The notes under the pieces: generated by a model
Seen by the model: only the letters and a program-made list of their open reading frames with translations
What the model was told of the DNA's origin: nothing
Databases searched by the model: none
Shown here: positions 28,662 to 32,000 of the stretch, piece by piece
How positions within the stretch are numbered: the stretch's first letter is position 1
Layout of the letters: the number at the start of each line of letters is the position of its first letter
Translations under genes and position numbers: made by a program
Origin: Pantoea sp. Aalb
GTDB taxonomy: Bacteria; Pseudomonadota; Gammaproteobacteria; Enterobacterales; Enterobacteriaceae
Length of the DNA stretch: 32,000 nt
Assembly: GCF_009829985.1 (NCBI RefSeq)
Contig: NZ_SZZU01000002.1
Coordinates: forward strand, 24,811 to 56,810
Direction: 5' to 3'

Positions 28662-30947
28662 ATGACGATTTTAAACCACACACTAGGATTTCCAAGAATT
28701 GGTTTACATCGCGAACTTAAAAAAGCTCAGGAACGATATTGGGCAAATAAAAGCTCACAGGAAGAGCTTTTAATGGTTGGTCGTGAATTACGTGCTCGTC
28801 ATTGGCAACAACAGAAAAATGCAGGAATAGATTTTATACCCGTTGGTGATTTTGCATGGTATGATCATGTTTTAACTACTAGTTTAATGTTAGGAAATAT
28901 ACCTTATCGTTATCAGGATAATGATGCTTCTATTAATTTAGATACCTTATTTCGAATTAGTCGTGGTTGTGCACCAACTGGAAAATCAGTTGCTGCTGCT
29001 GAAATGACTAAATGGTTTAATACTAATTATCATTATATTGTTCCAGAATTTACTAAAGACCAAGATTTTAAATTAACTTGGACACAACTCCTAGATGAAG
29101 TAGATGAAGCTTTAGCTTTAGGATATAAAATCAAACCAATACTACTTGGTCCAGTAACATATTTATGGTTAGGTAAAGTAAAATATCATCAGTTTGATCG
29201 TCTATCTTTAATAAATAAAATTTTACCAATTTATAAAGAAGTCTTAATTGAACTTAAAAAACGTTGTATTGAATGGGTACAGTTCGATGAACCTATTTTA
29301 GCATTAGAATTACCTCAATCTTGGCGTACAGTCTTCAAACCTACTTATGATATTTTATATGGCCATACTAAATTATTGTTAACTACTTATTTTGAAAGCA
29401 TTACACAAAATATAGATATAATTCAAACAATGAAAGTACAAGGTTTACATGTAGATTTAGTTAATGGTAAAGACGATATATATTATCTTAATAAACAATT
29501 ACCACCGGAATGGTTACTATCAACAGGTATTATTAATGGTCGTAATATTTGGCGTGCAGATCTAAGCTCTTGGTTTGAAAAGCTACAACCATTAGTTAAT
29601 CAACGTAAAAACCTATGGATTGGTTCTTCTTGTTCTTTACTACATACTCCAATAGATCTAAACGTAGAAAAACATCTTGATAACGAAGTAAAAAGTTGGT
29701 TTTCTTTCGCAATCCAAAAATGTATAGAATTATCATTATTAAGTAATGCATTGAATAATAATAATAAAAAACTTTTAATTGATTGGAATCTACCACTTAA
29801 AACACGTATGACTTCAACAAGGGTACATAATATAGAAGTTACAAAACGTCTAGCACAAATTCAAACAAAAGATATAAAACGTAATAGTCCTTATATCGAA
29901 CGCACAAAAGAACAACATAAGCGTTTTAAACTACCATTTTGGCCAACTACTACTATTGGTTCATTTCCACAGACTACTGAAATTAGACAATTACGGCTTG
30001 CTTTAAAGAAAGGAAATATTAATTTCATTAGTTATTACAATAATATAACTAAACATATTGAACAAATTATTCTTGAACAAGAATTATTAGGTTTAGATGT
30101 ATTAGTACATGGAGAACCTGAACGTAATGATATGGTAGAGTATTTTGGAGAAAATCTTGATGGTTTTATCTTCACTCAGAATGGATGGGTACAAAGCTAT
30201 GGTTCACGTTGTGTGAAACCACCAGTTATTATTGGTGATATTAGTCGTCCAAAAGCTATAACAGTTGAATGGACTAAATATGCTCAATCATTAACTAATA
30301 AACCAGTTAAAGGAATGTTAACAGGTCCTGTTACTATTTTATGTTGGTCATTTCCAAGAGAAGATATAGATCGTAAAACTATAGCTAATCAAATTGCATT
30401 AGCATTACGTGATGAGGTAAAAGATTTAGAAAAAGCAGGGATTGGTATTATTCAGATAGATGAACCTGCATTACGCGAAGGATTACCTCTACATAAATCT
30501 GATTGGAAGATATATTTAAATTGGGCTGTTAATGCTTTTTGTCTTACTGCATCAGTGGCACAAAATAATACTCAAATTCATACTCATATGTGTTATTGTG
30601 AATTTCATGATATTATGAACGCTATTGCCTCTTTAGATGCTGACGTAATTACTATTGAAACATCACGATCTGATATGGAATTACTCAATTCTTTTAAAGA
30701 ATTTGCATATCCAAACGAAATTGGTCCAGGTGTTTATGATATTCATTCACCAAATATTCCGAGTGTAGATTGGATAATAAATCTTTTAAAAAAAGCAACT
30801 CAAAGCATTCCTAAAGAGCGCTTATGGATTAATCCAGATTGTGGTCTCAAAACCCGTGGATGGGAAGAAACTCGTCAAGCATTAGCAAATATGGTTAAAG
30901 CTGCAAAAATATTACGTAATGAAGATGAAAAATTAATATTAAAATAA
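28662..30947 (+). CDS. metE: Cobalamin-independent methionine synthase (5-methyltetrahydropteroyltriglutamate--homocysteine methyltransferase)
   Basis: 761 aa. [85 protein letters not shown] and [11 protein letters not shown] are nearly identical to E. coli MetE (753 aa). Confidence 0.97.
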   Translation: MTILNHTLGFPRIGLHRELKKAQERYWANKSSQEELLMVGRELRARHWQQQKNAGIDFIPVGDFAWYDHVLTTSLMLGNIPYRYQDNDASINLDTLFRISRGCAPTGKSVAAAEMTKWFNTNYHYIVPEFTKDQDFKLTWTQLLDEVDEALALGYKIKPILLGPVTYLWLGKVKYHQFDRLSLINKILPIYKEVLIELKKRCIEWVQFDEPILALELPQSWRTVFKPTYDILYGHTKLLLTTYFESITQNIDIIQTMKVQGLHVDLVNGKDDIYYLNKQLPPEWLLSTGIINGRNIWRADLSSWFEKLQPLVNQRKNLWIGSSCSLLHTPIDLNVEKHLDNEVKSWFSFAIQKCIELSLLSNALNNNNKKLLIDWNLPLKTRMTSTRVHNIEVTKRLAQIQTKDIKRNSPYIERTKEQHKRFKLPFWPTTTIGSFPQTTEIRQLRLALKKGNINFISYYNNITKHIEQIILEQELLGLDVLVHGEPERNDMVEYFGENLDGFIFTQNGWVQSYGSRCVKPPVIIGDISRPKAITVEWTKYAQSLTNKPVKGMLTGPVTILCWSFPREDIDRKTIANQIALALRDEVKDLEKAGIGIIQIDEPALREGLPLHKSDWKIYLNWAVNAFCLTASVAQNNTQIHTHMCYCEFHDIMNAIASLDADVITIETSRSDMELLNSFKEFAYPNEIGPGVYDIHSPNIPSVDWIINLLKKATQSIPKERLWINPDCGLKTRGWEETRQALANMVKAAKILRNEDEKLILK

Positions 30948-30957
30948 TATATTTTTT

Positions 30958-30980
30958 AGGACGTAAAACAGTTGCGTCCT
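30958..30980 (+). terminator. G/C-containing hairpin 10 nt after the metE stop, a candidate terminator
   Basis: aggacgtaa - aacag - ttgcgtcct: a 9-bp stem (one G:U) with five G:C pairs, conspicuous in an otherwise roughly 10% G+C spacer. The T6 run lies upstream rather than downstream, so it is not a textbook intrinsic terminator. Confidence 0.4.
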
Positions 30981-31360
30981 ATTAATATAATTTGAATAAA
31001 TTATACAATAATTTTTTAAATAAAATACGATTTAATTATTTATTATTTTTTTTTATAAACTTTTTAATTGATAATTCATTGTAAATGAAATATTACATAT
31101 TATAAATCTAAGTTAATAACTTTTAAAGTTATTAACTGCTAAATGAAAATTGAGAATTATATTCTTTTATATTAAATAACTTGTAGCACTTATTTATTAA
31201 ATTTATTTAATAAAAAATAAACAATATTTTTTCTTTAAAAATTTTTAATAAATAATTATAGAGAGGAAATTATTCTTTTTAACTTAAACCAAGTATTAAT
31301 AAGTGTTATTTTAATATATTATAAGTAATTTTCTCTGTTATGAGTTTAAAATTAGGGATT

Positions 31361-32000
31361 ATGTATCAGCAACTGATTATTAGCATTGTATTAGCAATTA
31401 TTTGTTTAGGTATTGGGTGGATTATCACTTATTTTCGTATTAGTTATCAACATGCTAGTTTTAATACAGAACGACATTTATTAATAGAAGCACAAAATCA
31501 ACTACAACAAAATATCAAACAATTACAACATCAATTACAAGAACGTGAACAAAAATTATGTCAATTAAACAGTGCCCTTAGTAATAATCAAGAACTTTTA
31601 CAACAAATAAACTATTGGCGTAAAGAAAGTGAAAAACTTAGTTGCGAATTACGCAATCAAATAGAAATTAATAGTAAACAGGAAGCAAATTTACGTGAAG
31701 TTACTATTCGTTTAGAAGAAACGCGTTTTGCTTTTGAAGAAAAACAACGACTACTTACTGATAGTGAAAGACGTTTAAGTGATCAGTTTGAAAATTTAGC
31801 TAATCGTATTTTTGAAAATACTGGACAACGTATTAACGAACAAAATCGACAAAGCTTTAACAGTCTTATTCATCCATTACGAGATAAATTAGATGAGTTT
31901 AGACGCCAAATGAATGATAATCTTTGCCAAGAAATACGCGATAGAGATATATTAGTACATGAAATTCATCAATTACAACAGCTGAATTCAAAAATGGCTC
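31361..32000 (+). CDS. rmuC: DNA recombination protein RmuC, N-terminal ~213 codons. The 3' end lies outside the window.
   Basis: Open frame from ATG 31361 to the window end, absent from the track because no stop is reached. MYQQLIISIVLAIICLGIGW (TM segment), a Q-rich coiled coil, then RRLSDQFENLANRIFENTGQRINEQNRQSFNSLIHPLRDKLDEFRRQ and HEIHQLQQLNSKMA match E. coli RmuC. An in-frame ATG at 31340 is an alternative start. Confidence 0.88.
   Translation, partial: MYQQLIISIVLAIICLGIGWIITYFRISYQHASFNTERHLLIEAQNQLQQNIKQLQHQLQEREQKLCQLNSALSNNQELLQQINYWRKESEKLSCELRNQIEINSKQEANLREVTIRLEETRFAFEEKQRLLTDSERRLSDQFENLANRIFENTGQRINEQNRQSFNSLIHPLRDKLDEFRRQMNDNLCQEIRDRDILVHEIHQLQQLNSKMA

Overview
The window looks like a piece of an extremely AT-rich, reduced gammaproteobacterial genome of Enterobacterales type, as seen in insect endosymbionts. 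I cannot name the species from sequence alone. About three quarters of the window is coding (my sum of the CDS lengths). I support 22 protein genes, one of them below the ORF-track size cut-off and two cut by the window edges, plus a three-gene tRNA operon. All are conserved housekeeping genes that I recognise by near-collinear similarity to my recollection of the E. coli K-12 proteins. In order they are: dnaN (3' part), gyrB, dnaT, dnaC, a XylE-like MFS sugar porter (-), glyQ, glyS, fdhD, sodA, a VirK/YbjX-family protein, trxA, rho, tRNA-Arg(CCG), tRNA-His(GUG), tRNA-Pro(UGG), hemD (-), hemC (-), cyaA, a 27-codon lptM/yifL remnant, dapF, uvrD, corA, yigL, metE and rmuC (5' part). From trxA to rmuC the order is collinear with the E. 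coli 86-87 min region. At each point where E. coli carries further genes (wec cluster, leuT, glmZ/hemXY, cyaY, xerC, recQ/pldA/rht, metR, udp) there is only a 0.1-1.2 kb spacer. Sampled lines of the largest spacer hand-count to roughly 10% G+C. I see no transposase, integrase, phage gene, CRISPR array, toxin-antitoxin pair or defence-type gene cluster, and I found no convincing novel multi-gene system. The observations most worth a second look are listed here.
- A minimal LptM lipopeptide ORF upstream of dapF.
- A C-terminally truncated cyaA that keeps the TTG start.
- A compositionally constrained rho leader.
- A remodelled argX-hisR-(leuT)-proM operon with no encoded CCA ends.
- A dnaN-gyrB-dnaT-dnaC replication gene string with recF deleted.
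- Locally orphan fdhD and virK-like genes.
- Several perfect AT-rich palindromes in the spacers.
All homology statements rest on recalled sequences and need confirmation by database search.
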